Source: Actinomycetes bacterium
Lineage (GTDB): Bacteria > Actinomycetota > Actinomycetes > Streptosporangiales > Streptosporangiaceae
Assembly: GCA_021792405.1 (NCBI GenBank)
Contig: JAJYUU010000001.1
Location: 21,590 to 85,589, forward strand
Length of the DNA: 64,000 nt
Direction: 5' to 3'
The translations under genes were made by a program, and so were the position numbers. Of the stretch, positions 1 through 11,199 are shown in pieces; position 1 is the first letter of the stretch, and the number at the start of each line of letters is the position of its first letter. Below the pieces are notes generated by a model. That model was given only the letters and a program-made list of their open reading frames with translations. It searched no databases and was not told the DNA's origin.

Positions 1-835
1 CGGTGAAGCCGAACGCCGCGCGCAGGGCCGCATCGGCGTCCACGTAGTTGTTGTACGACATGGCCTTGCCGTGCAGCACCTCGGCATTGGCGATCCCGGA
101 CTCGCCGCCCGCCGCGCCGCTGGCCGACCGCAGGTACAGCGCCGCACGCTGATGCGGGTTCTCGCCGTAGCGCAGGACGTCCTTGCGGATCCACGTCGCG
201 CCGGCCACATCCGGCCAGCCGGTCTGCGCAGCCACCGGGTCGGGTGCGTAAGCAGCCGCGAACCACGACGACACGGCCGCGTCGTAAGCGGCGGTGTGCG
301 CGAAGGCCTGCGCCGCAAGCCGTCGGCGCTGATCGAGCGTGAAGCCGTCAGCAGCGAGCGCGGCGATCACGTCCGGATAGCTGGCAGGACTGGTTATCAC
401 CGCGACGGTGGCATGGTTCTTGGCAGCGGCACGGACCATTGCCGGGCCGCCGATGTCGATCTGCTCGACGCACTGCGCCGGGCTGCCGCCGCTCGCTACC
501 GTCTGCTCGAACGGATACAGGTTCGACACCAGCAACTCGAACGGGGCGATGCCGAGCTCGGTCAGTCGCTCGCGGTGGGTGTCGTTGGCCATGTCGGCAA
601 GCAGCCCTGCGTGCACTGCCGGATGCAGCGTTTTCACCCTGCCGTCCAGGCACTCCGGGAAGCCGGTCACCTCCTCGACCGGCGTGACCGGCAGTCCGGC
701 GGCGGCGATGGCGGCGGCCGTCGTGCCCGTCGAGACGATCTGCACGCCGGCCGCGTGCAGCGCCTGCGCGAGCGCGGCAAGCCCGTCCTTGTCGTAGACG
801 CTAATCAGCGCCCGCTTTATCGGCACCCTGGTCAA
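1..835 (-). CDS. purH: Bifunctional AICAR formyltransferase/IMP cyclohydrolase PurH, N-terminal part (runs off the left edge)
   Basis: My reverse translation from 826 downward reads [75 protein letters not shown], the MGS-like N-terminal domain of PurH. A candidate TTG start at 833-835 overlaps the purN stop (TTGA); GTG at 824-826 is the alternative. It is absent from the ORF track because there is no stop in the window. purN-purH order is classic. Confidence 0.9.
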   Translation of the reverse strand, partial: MTRVPIKRALISVYDKDGLAALAQALHAAGVQIVSTGTTAAAIAAAGLPVTPVEEVTGFPECLDGRVKTLHPAVHAGLLADMANDTHRERLTELGIAPFELLVSNLYPFEQTVASGGSPAQCVEQIDIGGPAMVRAAAKNHATVAVITSPASYPDVIAALAADGFTLDQRRRLAAQAFAHTAAYDAAVSSWFAAAYAPDPVAAQTGWPDVAGATWIRKDVLRYGENPHQRAALYLRSASGAAGGESGIANAEVLHGKAMSYNNYVDADAALRAAFGFT

Positions 836-1422
836 CTGCCTATCCTCACTTTCCGGCCGCGTACTGACCAGCCCTCGCGGACCATCCGGCCCACAGTCGT
901 TACCACGAGCGAACGCTCGGCCACCTTGATCCGTTCGTGCAGCGACTCCTCGTCGTCGTCATCGAGTACCGGAACGGCCGCCTGGGCCACGATAGGTCCG
1001 CTGTCGATGCCGGAATCGACCAGGATGACACTGCAGCCGGTCACCTTGACCCCGTGCGCCAGCGCTTCCGCGACACTGTGGATGCCGGGAAACGACGGCA
1101 GCAGGGCCGGGTGCGTGTTGATGACGCGGCCGCCGAACTTGCCGAGGAACTCGGTGCCAACCAGCTTCAGGAAGCCGGCCGCGATGATCAGGTCGGGATT
1201 GAACGCTGCGCAGTCGGCAGTCAGCGCCTTGTCCCAGGCGAACCGGTCCGGGGAATCTTGCACCCGCCGCACGAACGCCGGAATCCCCGCGGCAGCGGCC
1301 CTGGCCACCCCGCCAGTGCCCGCCCGGTCTGCCCCCACAGCGACGACTTCAGCGCCGAAGCCCGCGTCGGCGCAAGCGTCGATCAGCGCCTGCAGGATAG
1401 TGCCCGTGCCCGAGACGAGCAC
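832..1422 (-). CDS. purN: Phosphoribosylglycinamide formyltransferase
   Basis: 196 aa ORF with [15 protein letters not shown] at the N-terminus, [13 protein letters not shown] and GCSVILVD motifs typical of PurN. It lies directly upstream of purH. Confidence 0.93.
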   Translation of the reverse strand: MLVSGTGTILQALIDACADAGFGAEVVAVGADRAGTGGVARAAAAGIPAFVRRVQDSPDRFAWDKALTADCAAFNPDLIIAAGFLKLVGTEFLGKFGGRVINTHPALLPSFPGIHSVAEALAHGVKVTGCSVILVDSGIDSGPIVAQAAVPVLDDDDEESLHERIKVAERSLVVTTVGRMVREGWSVRGRKVRIGS

Positions 1423-1497
1423 GAGCAGTCGTGATCGTGGCTGACTGACCGTGAGCTCCTTTGCCTGCCTGCCTGACTGGTCTGCTGGCTGGTCTGC

Positions 1498-2925
1498 CTA
1501 ACCGCCCAGTCTGCCTGACCGCGGTGGTGGCCCAGTGTCTTGGCGGCCGCCGACCCGAATGGGCTGACTGCCCAGGGCATCATCAGGGTACCCGGCCGAC
1601 CGCAGCGCACCTGACTTGCGTAGCCCAACGTAATTCGCCAGGCCGGCGGCTACCGCCGCACTGACGCCGATCTCCAGGGCCGATACGATGCCGGCCTGCC
1701 AGGCCGACGGTCCTATGGCGGCGAGCCGTCCATCGCCAAGCGGGCCACCGGAGACCGCTGCAAGCAGGCCGATGAGCGCCCCCGAAGCCAGGCCGGAGGC
1801 CAGGCCGAGCAGCGGCGCGGCATCCAGCGCGAGCCGCGGCGCGGCTCGGACCAGCAGCACACCGCCGAGCGCGCCCGCCAGGTACGGCATCGCCAGCACG
1901 GCCGCCGTGACCCAGGTTGGCGTGGCCGTGTGCAGTCCCGGCGGCAGCGCGGCCAGCATCGGGAACGCCGGCAACTGCGCAAGCGCCGTGCCGGTCGGCG
2001 CTACCACGGTCCCGGATCCGACGGCGAAGCCCGGCCCGAGCATGAAGGCCGTCGCCCAGATCACGGCGTTCGGCAGGTAGGCGAGTTCCAGCAGGCACAG
2101 CAGCACCGTGCCCACTGCGCCCGGCGCGAGGTCCCGTTCCAGCGCGGCAGCCTCAGGCAAGTGCCCGGCGAGGCAGATCGCGGCGATCACCGCGCCCGCC
2201 GCGGTCAGCGTAGCCAGGGCGCCGGCGACGGCGACCACGACTGATCTCGGCCGGGTTGGCAGCACGCGGACGAGCCGCGGCCACGGGGCGAGCGCCCGCG
2301 CACCGCCGAGCCCGGCCGCCGCCAGGGCAAGGCCTAGCCCGCACGCGACCGACTGCAGCTCCGACGACGACACCAGCGCCGACCTGCTGATCGCTGCCAG
2401 CATCCCGGTGAGCAGCGCGTACGGAACGGCAACTGCCACGGCGGCGTAGCCAACCCGGCGCAGCCGCCGCACCTGCGCCGTCCGGACTATCCACCGTCCG
2501 GCCCGCCAGAGCAACGTCCCCGGCAACAGCACGAGGCCGAGCGGCAACAAGCCGATCCGGCCAGCGCCGCGAAGGGTGAAGCCTACGTGCTGGGCGGCCA
2601 GCCAGAGCACGGCTGAGATGCGCAGCACGGCGGGCAGGCCCAGACCTTGGTGCGGCGCCGCAACCCAGCCGATCAGTGCCAGCAACGCCAGCACCGCCAC
2701 GCCCGTCGCCGTCACCGCCACCGCGGCTAGCGCGCCAGCCGCGAGCAGGGATCGCTGGCCCGTACCCGCACCATCGCCCCCGGCAGGGCTGGCCGACGTG
2801 CCGCGTCGCGCGCGGCCCCGGCTAGCTGGGCCACCTTCAGAGCGTGCGGCAAGCCGGGCGGACGGACCGGCCTGGCGGGCACCAACGGCAGAAGCGGTCA
2901 CAAGACTCAAGCCTGGCAATCCCAC
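1498..2925 (-). CDS. Polytopic integral membrane protein, PerM/DUF6350-like
   Basis: 475 aa, Ala/Leu/Gly-rich with many hydrophobic segments. It sits between sucD and purN, as the membrane protein PerM (Rv0955) does in the M. tuberculosis sucCD...purNH region. The family assignment rests on synteny and composition only. Start (GTG 2923-2925) is uncertain. Confidence 0.6.
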   Translation of the reverse strand: MGLPGLSLVTASAVGARQAGPSARLAARSEGGPASRGRARRGTSASPAGGDGAGTGQRSLLAAGALAAVAVTATGVAVLALLALIGWVAAPHQGLGLPAVLRISAVLWLAAQHVGFTLRGAGRIGLLPLGLVLLPGTLLWRAGRWIVRTAQVRRLRRVGYAAVAVAVPYALLTGMLAAISRSALVSSSELQSVACGLGLALAAAGLGGARALAPWPRLVRVLPTRPRSVVVAVAGALATLTAAGAVIAAICLAGHLPEAAALERDLAPGAVGTVLLCLLELAYLPNAVIWATAFMLGPGFAVGSGTVVAPTGTALAQLPAFPMLAALPPGLHTATPTWVTAAVLAMPYLAGALGGVLLVRAAPRLALDAAPLLGLASGLASGALIGLLAAVSGGPLGDGRLAAIGPSAWQAGIVSALEIGVSAAVAAGLANYVGLRKSGALRSAGYPDDALGSQPIRVGGRQDTGPPPRSGRLGG

Positions 2926-3038
2926 GCTGCGCTGCGGCGGAGGCGCGCCGGAAGCAGCGCGGCCAGGCGCAGCCTGAAGGTTCGGGTGCTACCCCGTCCG
3001 CCTGGCCCGAAGGTAGCCGGTATGCCCGCCTGGCCTGC

Positions 3039-3926
3039 CTATCCGGCCCGCATGACGTCGCGGACGAGGCTGGCTGTCTCGCTCGGGGTCCGGCCAACGC
3101 GGACGCCGACCTTCTCGAGCGCTTCCTTCTTCGCCTGTGCGGTCCCGGCTGAGCCGGAGATGATGGCGCCCGCGTGGCCCATTGTCTTGCCTTCAGGTGC
3201 GGTGAAACCGGCTACGTAGGCGACGACCGGCTTGGTAACGCTCTTCTCGATGAACGCGGCGGCCCGCTCCTCAGCGTCGCCGCCGATCTCCCCGATCATC
3301 ACGATGGCATCGGTTTCCGGATCGTCCTGAAAGGCCTGCAGGCAATCGATGTGGGTAGTGCCGATGATGGGGTCGCCGCCGATGCCCACCGCGGTGGAGA
3401 AACCGATGTCACGCAGCTCATACATCATCTGGTAGGTCAGCGTTCCGGACTTCGAGACGAGCCCGATCCGGCCTTCCGAGGTAATGTCGGCCGGGATGAT
3501 GCCGGCGTTGGACTTACCCGGCGAGGCCACGCCCGGGCAGTTCGGCCCGACAATCCTGGTCCGATTGCCCGACGCTTCGGCGCGTGCCCAGAACGCGGCG
3601 GTGTCGTGCACCGGTACGCCTTCGGTGATGACGATGGCCAGCGGTATCTGCGCGTCGATCGCCTCGATCACGGCGTCCTTGGTGCCGGCCGGCGGCACGA
3701 AGACCACGGACACGTTGGCGCCGGTCGCAGCCATCGCCTCGGCGACGCTCGCAAAGACCGGCACGTCCCGCCCGGATAGGTCGACCGTCTGGCCAGCCTT
3801 GCGGGGATTGGTGCCGCCGACCACGTTAGTGCCGGCCGCGATCATCCGCGCGCCGTGCTTGCGGCCTTCCGACCCGGTGATGCCCTGCACGATGACGCGG
3901 CTGCCGGCGTTCAGGAAGATCGCCAT
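3039..3926 (-). CDS. sucD: Succinyl-CoA synthetase alpha subunit
   Basis: 295 aa with [21 protein letters not shown] at the N-terminus and the phosphohistidine loop [10 protein letters not shown]. It starts 1 nt after the sucC stop. Confidence 0.97.
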   Translation of the reverse strand: MAIFLNAGSRVIVQGITGSEGRKHGARMIAAGTNVVGGTNPRKAGQTVDLSGRDVPVFASVAEAMAATGANVSVVFVPPAGTKDAVIEAIDAQIPLAIVITEGVPVHDTAAFWARAEASGNRTRIVGPNCPGVASPGKSNAGIIPADITSEGRIGLVSKSGTLTYQMMYELRDIGFSTAVGIGGDPIIGTTHIDCLQAFQDDPETDAIVMIGEIGGDAEERAAAFIEKSVTKPVVAYVAGFTAPEGKTMGHAGAIISGSAGTAQAKKEALEKVGVRVGRTPSETASLVRDVMRAG

Positions 3927-3927
3927 G

Positions 3928-5133
3928 TCATGCTCCGTTCACGGCCGCGGCGGCCAGCTCGGCGGCGCGGCGCGCCGCATCGTCCATGGTGGCAACCTGC
4001 TCGACCAGCGGCAGGTTGGCCTCGGCCAGGATCGCGCGGCCCTGCGCCGCGTTGTTGCCGTCCAGCCGGACGACGATCGGGTGCCGGACCGGTTCCCCCC
4101 GGTCAGCGAGCAGCGCCATCGCCGACACGATGCCGTTGGCCACCGCGTCACACGAGGTGATTCCGCCGAACACGTTGACCAGCACGCTGCGCACGCTCGG
4201 GTCGGACAGCACGATGTCCAGGCCGTTGGCCATCACCTCGGCCGAGGCACCGCCGCCGATGTCGAGGAAGTTGGCTGGCCGCACGCCGCCGAACTCCTCG
4301 CCCGCGTAGGCGACCACGTCCAGGGTGGACATCACCAGGCCCGCGCCGTTCCCGATGATCCCCACGGCTCCGTCAAGCTTGACGTAGTTCAGGTGCCTGG
4401 CCTTCGCCCGCGCCTCGAGCGGATCGACGGCGGCGGGGTCTGCGAAGGATCCCCACTCCTGCCGGAACGCGGCGTTGTCATCAAGGGTGACCTTGGCGTC
4501 GAGTGCGACGACCCGGCCATCACCGGTGTAGACGAGCGGGTTAACCTCGACCAGTGTCGCATCCTCGTCGGTGAACACGGCCCACAGCCGCTCGGCCAGT
4601 TGCGCGGCACCTTCCTGCGCCTCCACCGGCAGGCCGCCCGCCCGGACGATCTCCAGCGCCTTGGCGCGGTCGACGCCCGTCAGCGGACTGACCGGGATCT
4701 TGGCGAGCGCCTCCGGATGAGTCCTGGCCACTTCCTCGATCTCTACGCCGCCCTCGACCGAGCACATCGACAAGAAGGTCCGCTCTGCCCTGTCGACCAG
4801 GAACGACAGGTAGTACTCCTGGGCGATGTCAGTGTCCTCAGCGACCAGCACGGTGTGCACGGTATGGCCCTTGATATCCATGCCGAGGATGGCTGCGGCC
4901 TTGTCCTCGGCCTCGTCCGGGGTGTCGGCCAGCTTGACTCCGCCAGCCTTCCCCCGGCCGCCGGTCTTCACCTGAGCCTTGATCACGACCAGCGGCTTAG
5001 CCCCGGCGTTCCCGGCGGCGAACTCCTCGGCAATCTGCCTGGCCTCGGCCGCGGAAGCGGCCACCTTGCCCCGCGGAATCGGGACGCCGTACTCAGCGAA
5101 TAGCTCCTTCGCCTGATATTCGAACAGGTCCAC
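3928..5133 (-). CDS. sucC: Succinyl-CoA synthetase beta subunit
   Basis: The ORF track gives 3928..5247, but the conserved N-terminus [18 protein letters not shown] begins at GTG 5131-5133. The upstream 38 codons are Arg/Pro/Gly-rich and look non-coding. Confidence 0.95.
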   Translation of the reverse strand: MDLFEYQAKELFAEYGVPIPRGKVAASAAEARQIAEEFAAGNAGAKPLVVIKAQVKTGGRGKAGGVKLADTPDEAEDKAAAILGMDIKGHTVHTVLVAEDTDIAQEYYLSFLVDRAERTFLSMCSVEGGVEIEEVARTHPEALAKIPVSPLTGVDRAKALEIVRAGGLPVEAQEGAAQLAERLWAVFTDEDATLVEVNPLVYTGDGRVVALDAKVTLDDNAAFRQEWGSFADPAAVDPLEARAKARHLNYVKLDGAVGIIGNGAGLVMSTLDVVAYAGEEFGGVRPANFLDIGGGASAEVMANGLDIVLSDPSVRSVLVNVFGGITSCDAVANGIVSAMALLADRGEPVRHPIVVRLDGNNAAQGRAILAEANLPLVEQVATMDDAARRAAELAAAAVNGA

Positions 5134-5265
5134 TCGGGTCCGTCCTTCGTGCTCGGGGATCAGTGCGGCACCTTCGCCGCCCCGCGGCTGGAAGCCTAGT
5201 GCCGGCCAGCCGCAGGCCGGCCAACCGGGTCGCGGGCACCGCGCCACGTCCCGGCGGCCAGGCAG

Positions 5266-5673
5266 CTAGCCGACGGGCTCCGTGCTGCCCAGCTCCGACC
5301 GCACCCAGTCAACGATCTCGGTCGTCGTCGCGCCGGGGGTGAAGATCTTTGCCACGCCCATCCGCTCGAGCTCAGCGATGTCGGCATCGGGGATTATGCC
5401 GCCGCCGAAGACCGTGATATCGGTCGCATCCTTCTCGGCCAGCAGCTCGAGGACGCGACTGAACTGCGTCATGTGCGCGCCGGACAAGATGGACAGGCCG
5501 ATGGCATCGGCGTCCTCCTGCAGTGCCGCCGAGACGATCTGCTCCGGGGTCTGATGCAGCCCGGTGTAAATGACCTCAACCCCGGCGTCCCGCAGTGCCC
5601 GCGCCACCACCTTCGCCCCGCGATCATGGCCGTCAAGGCCGGGCTTGGCGATGATCACCCGGATACTGCTCAT
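5266..5673 (-). CDS. Stand-alone cobalamin (B12)-binding domain protein, acyl-CoA mutase small subunit-like (IcmB-like)
   Basis: About 135 aa from [38 protein letters not shown]. It contains the DxHxxG B12-binding signature (DGHDRG) and SxL...GG motifs. No mutase large subunit is present in the window. Confidence 0.85.
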   Translation of the reverse strand: MSSIRVIIAKPGLDGHDRGAKVVARALRDAGVEVIYTGLHQTPEQIVSAALQEDADAIGLSILSGAHMTQFSRVLELLAEKDATDITVFGGGIIPDADIAELERMGVAKIFTPGATTTEIVDWVRSELGSTEPVG

Positions 5674-5854
5674 GCAACCCTCCGACCAGCCTCCGCGGGC
5701 CGCCGACAAGACCGGCAGCCAGAATTAGCGTAACCGGCCCGACGGGTGCGCGCCGCCCGGCGGCGGCGGGACGTAGCTGGCGCGGCCTGCGGACCTGCGG
5801 CTCGCGAGCGACGGCGCGGGCGCATCGCCGCTGGCCGGTGAACGCAGGCTGACG

Positions 5855-8095
5855 CTACAGCTTCTCGATCGGCGCGTACCGCAGCACCAGGTGCTTGATG
5901 CCGTAGTCGCCGCCAAAGTCGATTTTGGCCTCCGGGTCGTCGCCGCGCCCTTCCACCGACAGCACGGTGCCGAGGCCATAGGAGTCGTGGTTGACCCGGT
6001 CGCCCGGATGCAGCGACGGGACCGGCCGGTTGCCGACGGCCCGAACCCCGGGCCGCCGGGCCAGTCGCTCGGCTGCGGGCTGGGTACTGGCCGACTCATC
6101 CCGGCGCCACTCGATCAGCCCGGCTGGGATCTCCGTCAGGAACCGGGACTGCCGGTGGAAGCCGGGGCGACCGAACCAGGTGCGCGTCGCCGCCCTGGTC
6201 ACATACAGCCGCCGCATCGCCCTGGTGATGCCGACATAGGCCAGCCGCCGCTCCTCGGCCAGTTCCCGCTCGTCGCCCATCGACCGCTCATGCGGGAAGA
6301 CGTTCTCCTCCAGGCCGGTCAGGAAGACGACAGGGAACTCCAGGCCCTTGGCGGTGTGCAGGGTCATCAGCGTTACCATGCCGCCGTGCTGCTCGCCGTC
6401 GGGGACCTCGTCCGCGTCCGCCACTAGCGAGACCTGCTCGAGGAACTCTGCCAGGGTGCCTCCCGGGTTGCGGGCGTCAAACTCGCGGGCTACCGCAACC
6501 AGCTCGGTCAGGTTCTCGATCCGGCTGACATCCTGCAAGTCGGATGACGCCTGCAATTCGGCGACGTAACCGGTCCGGTCGAGCACCGCCTCCGTCAGGT
6601 CGCCGACCGCCGTCCCCGCAGCCGCCAGCCCGCGCAATCCGGTCATCAGCTCGTTGAAGCCCTCGATCGCCCGCGCGGACCTGGCCACCAGGCCGGGAAC
6701 GTCGTCGGGCCGGGCAAGCGCCTCCGCGAAGCTGATCTTGTCCCTGCTGGCCAGCGCGGCCACGCACTCCTCGGCCCTGTCACCGATCCCGCGCCGGGGA
6801 GTGTTGAGGACGCGGCGCAACGACACCTCGTCCCCGGGGTTCGCGGTAAGCCGGAGGTAGGCCAGCAAGTCGCGGACTTCCCGGCGCTCGTAGAAACGGA
6901 CGCCGCCAACCACCTTGTACGGCAGCCCGGACCGGATGAAAACCTCCTCGAAAACGCGGGACTGCGCGTTAGTCCGGTAGAAGACCGCAACCTCACCGGG
7001 CGAAGCTTCGGCGGCGTCGGACAGCCGGTCGACTTCCTCGGCCACGAACGCGGCCTCGTCGTGCTCGCTGTCGGCCACGTACCCGATGATCGGCGGCCCG
7101 TCGCCGGCCTGCGACCAGAGATTCTTCGGGATCCGGCCCGGATTGCGGGAGACCACTGCGTTCGCCGCAGCAAGGATGTTCTGCGTCGAGCGGTAGTTCT
7201 GCTCCAGCAGGATGACTCGCGCCCCGGCAAAGTCGCGCTCGAACTCCTCGATGTTCCTGATGGTGGCGCCGCGGAAGGCGTAGATGGACTGGTCGGCATC
7301 GCCGACCACGACCAGTTCGGCCGGCGACTCGCGGCCCGCCCCGGCCAGTTCCCGGACCAGCACATACTGTGCGTGGTTGGTGTCCTGGTACTCATCGACC
7401 AGGACGTGCCGGAACCTCTCCCGGTACTCGGCAGCCACCTCGGGGAAGGCCTGCAGCAAGTTGACGGTGACCATGATCAGGTCATCGAAGTCCATCGCCC
7501 CGGCCACGACCAGCCGCCGCTGGTACTCGGCATACGCCTCGCCGAGGGTCTTCTCCCGGTAGCCGCTGGCCCTCGCCAGCACCGTTTCATAGTCGACCAG
7601 CTCGTTCTTCAGGTTCGAGACCTGGCCGAGTATCCCCTTCGGGGGGAAGAACTTCGCGTCCAGCTCAAGTTCGCGGCAGACCATGGCCATCAGCCGTTGC
7701 GAGTCGGCCTGGTCGTAGATGGAGAAGCTGGACGGGTAGCCGAACCGCCGCGCTTCCCGGCGAAGGATGCGCACGCAGGCCGAATGGAAGGTCAGCAGCC
7801 ACATCGACCGGGCGCGGTGGCCAGTGAGCAAGGCGGCCCTGGCAGCCATTTCCCCGGCTGCCTTGTTGGTGAACGTGATGGCGAGTATCTGGCCCGGCGC
7901 CACGTCCCGCTCGGCCAGCAGGTAAGCGATGCGGTGGGTGAGCACCCGCGTCTTGCCCGAGCCGGCGCCGGCCACGATCAGCAGGGGGCTGCCCTCGTGC
8001 GTGACGGCGGCGCGCTGCTGCGGGTTCAGCCCGTCCAGGAGGGAGTCGACTACCAGCGCGGTCACCTGCCTAAGCCTAGGCGGTAGCACCGACAT
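5855..8095 (-). CDS. pcrA: ATP-dependent DNA helicase PcrA/UvrD family
   Basis: Walker A AGAGSGKT, DEYQDTN (motif II), QNYRST, and a C-terminal Tudor-like tail (GDRVNHDSYGLGTV). ATG at 8093-8095 (MSVLPPRL...) is chosen instead of the ORF-track start 8362, which would overlap the permease gene. Confidence 0.92.
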   Translation of the reverse strand: MSVLPPRLRQVTALVVDSLLDGLNPQQRAAVTHEGSPLLIVAGAGSGKTRVLTHRIAYLLAERDVAPGQILAITFTNKAAGEMAARAALLTGHRARSMWLLTFHSACVRILRREARRFGYPSSFSIYDQADSQRLMAMVCRELELDAKFFPPKGILGQVSNLKNELVDYETVLARASGYREKTLGEAYAEYQRRLVVAGAMDFDDLIMVTVNLLQAFPEVAAEYRERFRHVLVDEYQDTNHAQYVLVRELAGAGRESPAELVVVGDADQSIYAFRGATIRNIEEFERDFAGARVILLEQNYRSTQNILAAANAVVSRNPGRIPKNLWSQAGDGPPIIGYVADSEHDEAAFVAEEVDRLSDAAEASPGEVAVFYRTNAQSRVFEEVFIRSGLPYKVVGGVRFYERREVRDLLAYLRLTANPGDEVSLRRVLNTPRRGIGDRAEECVAALASRDKISFAEALARPDDVPGLVARSARAIEGFNELMTGLRGLAAAGTAVGDLTEAVLDRTGYVAELQASSDLQDVSRIENLTELVAVAREFDARNPGGTLAEFLEQVSLVADADEVPDGEQHGGMVTLMTLHTAKGLEFPVVFLTGLEENVFPHERSMGDERELAEERRLAYVGITRAMRRLYVTRAATRTWFGRPGFHRQSRFLTEIPAGLIEWRRDESASTQPAAERLARRPGVRAVGNRPVPSLHPGDRVNHDSYGLGTVLSVEGRGDDPEAKIDFGGDYGIKHLVLRYAPIEKL

Positions 8096-8172
8096 CCGGG
8101 CCGCTCCGCGCCGCCCGGTGCCGGGATACCTCTCCGCCGGCGCGCCGCTTAGCTCACCGATCCGCGCAACCC

Positions 8173-9732
8173 TTATTCGTCCGGCACCGGCGTCGGGGTT
8201 GACCTGGTCAGGGTCTGCTTGCGGAAGAAGGCCGGAGCCGTAGCCCGCATGTAGATGAAGCCAATAACGCCGGCCAGCGCCGACGCGAACGCGATGATGA
8301 ATATCCCGCCGACCTTCCAGTGCAGTCCGGGCACAGTCCAGTGGGTATAGCCGGTTGTCCACACCCAGTCGCTTTGCAGGCTGATGAGGCCGGCCGCGTA
8401 CATGATCCCGCCACCGAGGAACGGCAGGATGCCCTGCATGAACAGGTTCCGGACGCTGCTCGTCAGCGTCTTGCGGTAGTACCAGACGCAGGAGAATGCG
8501 GTAAGGCCGTAGTAGAAGGCGATGTAGAGGCCTATGGCGGTCACCGCATCCGCGATCGGGTTGCCGCCGGAGATGTAGTTCAGCGGGATATACAGCGCGA
8601 TCGATGCAAGCCCCATCCAGATGGTCGAGGTCGTCGGCGTCAGGAAGCGCGGGTGAATCTTCGCGAACGGCTGCGGGATGGCGGCATAAGCAGCCATCGA
8701 CAGGGTGGTCCTGGCCGTCGGCAGGATCGTGGTCTGCGTGGACGCCGACGCCGACGTCAAGATCATCAGGATCAGCAGGCGCGCCAGGACGGCAGCGAAA
8801 CCAGTCGCCCCGAAGATGACGTTGCCGAGAATAGAGAGCACGTCAAACTGGTGGGCTGTGTTCAGCAGCCCGATGCCCTTGGCGCCCACCCCGGCGAAGG
8901 CCTGGACGCCGAAGATGACTATCACGTAGCAGAGCAGCAGGATCACGGTCGAGATGATCGCGGCCCGCCCCGGCGTCCGCGCCTTGTCCGCGGTCTCCTC
9001 ATTGACCGAGACGGCGGTGTCCCAGCCCCAGTAGATGAACAGCATGAGAACGATGCCACTGACAAACGCCGAGAACGGCAGGCCCGTGGGCAGCAGCCAG
9101 GACAAGTGCGGAGTGACAGCCGTCGGTGGCGGGTGGCTCCCGGTCGCCTTGACCAGTGCGGTGATGGCAAGGACGAACAGCATGATGATCTCGACGGTCA
9201 GCAGTAGGCGCTGCAGCCAGACCGATACCTCGATGCCGATATAGCAGATGGTCGTCATCGCCACGATCCAGCCGATGCCCACCAGCAGCACCCAGACGCT
9301 GGTCGCGTCCTGACCGATGGCACTGGTCGGCCCCTGGAACAGGAAGAACATATACTGCCCGGCGACCTGGGCGAGACTCGCCATGACCAGTATGTCCGCA
9401 GCCACGATGGCCCAGCCGCCCGCCCAGCCGGTCTTCGGCCCGAATGCCCTGGTGGCCCAGGTGAAGGTGGTACCGCAGTCTGGGTCTGCCTTGTTCATCT
9501 CGCTGTAGCCGATCGAGCACAACAGCATCGGGATGAAGGCCAGCAGTGCGACCGACGGCGCCTTCAGCCCGACGAAGACGACGACGTAAAAGAGGGTCGC
9601 AGCCAGGCTGTAGGCCGGCGCAGTGGACGCGACGCCCATGACAACGCTGGAGACGAGGCCTAGCGCGCCTGTCTTGAGCCCCTTGTCCCGGTATTCCTCG
9701 ACCGGCTCCAACTCAGCGGTGGTAGTGGCCAT
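8173..9732 (-). CDS. APC-family amino acid/polyamine permease
   Basis: About 519 aa from MATTTAELEPVEEYRDKGLK. It has about 12 hydrophobic segments and APC-type composition. Divergent from the saccharopine-dehydrogenase-like gene. Confidence 0.85.
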   Translation of the reverse strand: MATTTAELEPVEEYRDKGLKTGALGLVSSVVMGVASTAPAYSLAATLFYVVVFVGLKAPSVALLAFIPMLLCSIGYSEMNKADPDCGTTFTWATRAFGPKTGWAGGWAIVAADILVMASLAQVAGQYMFFLFQGPTSAIGQDATSVWVLLVGIGWIVAMTTICYIGIEVSVWLQRLLLTVEIIMLFVLAITALVKATGSHPPPTAVTPHLSWLLPTGLPFSAFVSGIVLMLFIYWGWDTAVSVNEETADKARTPGRAAIISTVILLLCYVIVIFGVQAFAGVGAKGIGLLNTAHQFDVLSILGNVIFGATGFAAVLARLLILMILTSASASTQTTILPTARTTLSMAAYAAIPQPFAKIHPRFLTPTTSTIWMGLASIALYIPLNYISGGNPIADAVTAIGLYIAFYYGLTAFSCVWYYRKTLTSSVRNLFMQGILPFLGGGIMYAAGLISLQSDWVWTTGYTHWTVPGLHWKVGGIFIIAFASALAGVIGFIYMRATAPAFFRKQTLTRSTPTPVPDE

Positions 9733-9802
9733 GAACCCGAATCGTCTCCCCCCAGACGGACCGAACCGCATCGGGCCGAGCCGAATGCGCACTACGCCCG
9801 AC

Positions 9803-9890
9803 TACTGAGAGTAACTGAGAGTTACGTACCGCTGCCAAGCGGCCGACGGTTCTAGCGTGCATTCCTCGCCGTAGCAACGATTTCAGTTGC
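9803..9890. promoter_or_regulatory. AT-richer divergent promoter region with operator-like repeats
   Basis: Tandem 10-mers tACTGAGAGT/aACTGAGAGT (9803-9822), which also form GTAAC-N5-GTTAC (9811-9825), then TACGTA. A second inverted repeat GCAAC-N7-GTTGC lies at 9874-9890. The region sits between the permease start (9732) and the dehydrogenase start (9954). Confidence 0.3.
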
Positions 9891-9953
9891 ATCCTGATCA
9901 AATCGCGACTGGTACCGTCGCGGCATCAGGGAGCACGAGGCTAGGATCGCTGC

Positions 9954-11165
9954 ATGCGCATACTGCTCGTGGGGGCCGGCGGAGTCGGCACGGCCTTTGC
10001 CCGGATCGCTGCCCGCCGCCCGTTCGCCGAACTCATCATCGCCGACTACGACCTGACCAGGGCCCAGCACGCTGCCGCTGCCAAGGACAGCTACACCGCC
10101 GTTCAGCTTGATGCCAGGGACGAGGCGGCTACCGCCGCGCTGCTCGCCGAGTACCGCTGCGACGCGCTGATGAACGCCACCGACCCGCGCTTCGTCATGC
10201 CGCTATTCCGCGCCGCGCTGGCCGCCAGGGTGAACTACCTGGACATGGCGATGTCGCTGTCTCATCCAGATCCGGCCGAGCCGTACGCCAGAACGGGCGT
10301 GAAGCTCGGCGATGAGCAGTTCGCCATGGCAGGGCAATGGGAGGAAGCAGGCAAGCTTGCCCTGGCCGGGATCGGCGTCGAACCCGGCCTGTCCGACGTG
10401 TTCGCCCGCTACGCTGCCGACGAGTTGTTCAGCGAGATCGGCGAGATCGGCGTCCGGGACGGGGCGAACCTGACCGTGACCGGCTACGACTTCGCGCCGA
10501 CCTTCTCCATCTGGACCACTATCGAGGAGTGCCTCAACCCGCCGGTGATCTGGGAGGCGGACCGAGGCTGGTTCACCACGCCGCCATTCAGCGAACCGGA
10601 GACCTTTAGCTTCCCGGCTGGCATCGGCCCGGTCGAATGCGTGAACGTGGAGCACGAGGAAGTTCTGCTGATTCCCCGCTGGGTCACGGCGAACCGGGTC
10701 ACCTTCAAGTACGGCCTCGGCGCCGAGTTCATCGGCGTCCTGGAGACGCTGCACAAGCTCGGCCTGGACCGCGCCGATCCGGTCAGCGTCGGTGGCATCG
10801 GGGTGTCACCACGCGACGTGGTCGCTGCCTGCTTGCCTGACCCGGCCACTCTCGGCGCCAAGATGTCCGGTCTCACCTGCGCCGGCACCTGGGTGACCGG
10901 TACCGGGAAAGACGGAGCGCCGCGCGAGGTATATCTCTACCACGTGGCCGACAACGCGCAGACAATGGCTGAGTACGGCTCGCAGGCGGTGGTTTGGCAG
11001 ACTGCGGTCAATCCGGTCGTGGCGCTTGAGCTCATCGACTCCGGCGCCTGGTCGGGCGCCGGAGTACTCGGGCCGGAAGCGCTGCCGCCGCAGCCGTTCC
11101 TTGACCTGCTGACCGAGTACGGCTCACCGTGGGCGTGCGAAGAACGCACGCCGGCGCGTGCCTGA
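9954..11165 (+). CDS. Saccharopine dehydrogenase family NAD(P)-binding oxidoreductase
   Basis: 403 aa with the Rossmann N-terminus [22 protein letters not shown] and overall resemblance to Sacchrp_dh N- and C-domains. Confidence 0.85.
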   Translation: MRILLVGAGGVGTAFARIAARRPFAELIIADYDLTRAQHAAAAKDSYTAVQLDARDEAATAALLAEYRCDALMNATDPRFVMPLFRAALAARVNYLDMAMSLSHPDPAEPYARTGVKLGDEQFAMAGQWEEAGKLALAGIGVEPGLSDVFARYAADELFSEIGEIGVRDGANLTVTGYDFAPTFSIWTTIEECLNPPVIWEADRGWFTTPPFSEPETFSFPAGIGPVECVNVEHEEVLLIPRWVTANRVTFKYGLGAEFIGVLETLHKLGLDRADPVSVGGIGVSPRDVVAACLPDPATLGAKMSGLTCAGTWVTGTGKDGAPREVYLYHVADNAQTMAEYGSQAVVWQTAVNPVVALELIDSGAWSGAGVLGPEALPPQPFLDLLTEYGSPWACEERTPARA

Positions 11166-11199
11166 CCGCGCGAGTAATAGATGGCCCTTAATCACCGGA

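Noticed and set aside
1461-1530. Low-complexity ctgcctg/ctggtctgc repeats between purN and the PerM-like gene.
   Set aside because: These are short, imperfect oligonucleotide repeats straddling the 3' end of a coding region. There is no clear periodic array or structure beyond compositional bias.
3484-5103. Very long ORFs antisense to real genes: 71..1444, 3484..5103, 11188..12618, 16680..18323, 22377..24710, 27782..29053, 37049..38707, 45463..47061, 57033..58400, 63234..63917.
   Set aside because: Their products are Arg/Pro/Gly/His-rich, low-complexity, and lack any recognisable motif. Each lies opposite a gene with unmistakable conserved motifs. Long stop-free shadow frames are expected in about 70% GC DNA.
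5134-5247. Upstream extensions of ORF-track starts for sucC, pcrA (8096..8362), enoyl-CoA hydratase (34879..35154), glgP (39200..39346), TetR (48691..48813), DUF3017 (29610..29714), the M20 amidohydrolase (57089..57205) and others.
   Set aside because: The extensions are Arg/Pro/Ser-rich, overlap neighbouring genes, or precede the well-conserved family N-terminus. Internal starts that restore the canonical N-termini were chosen instead.
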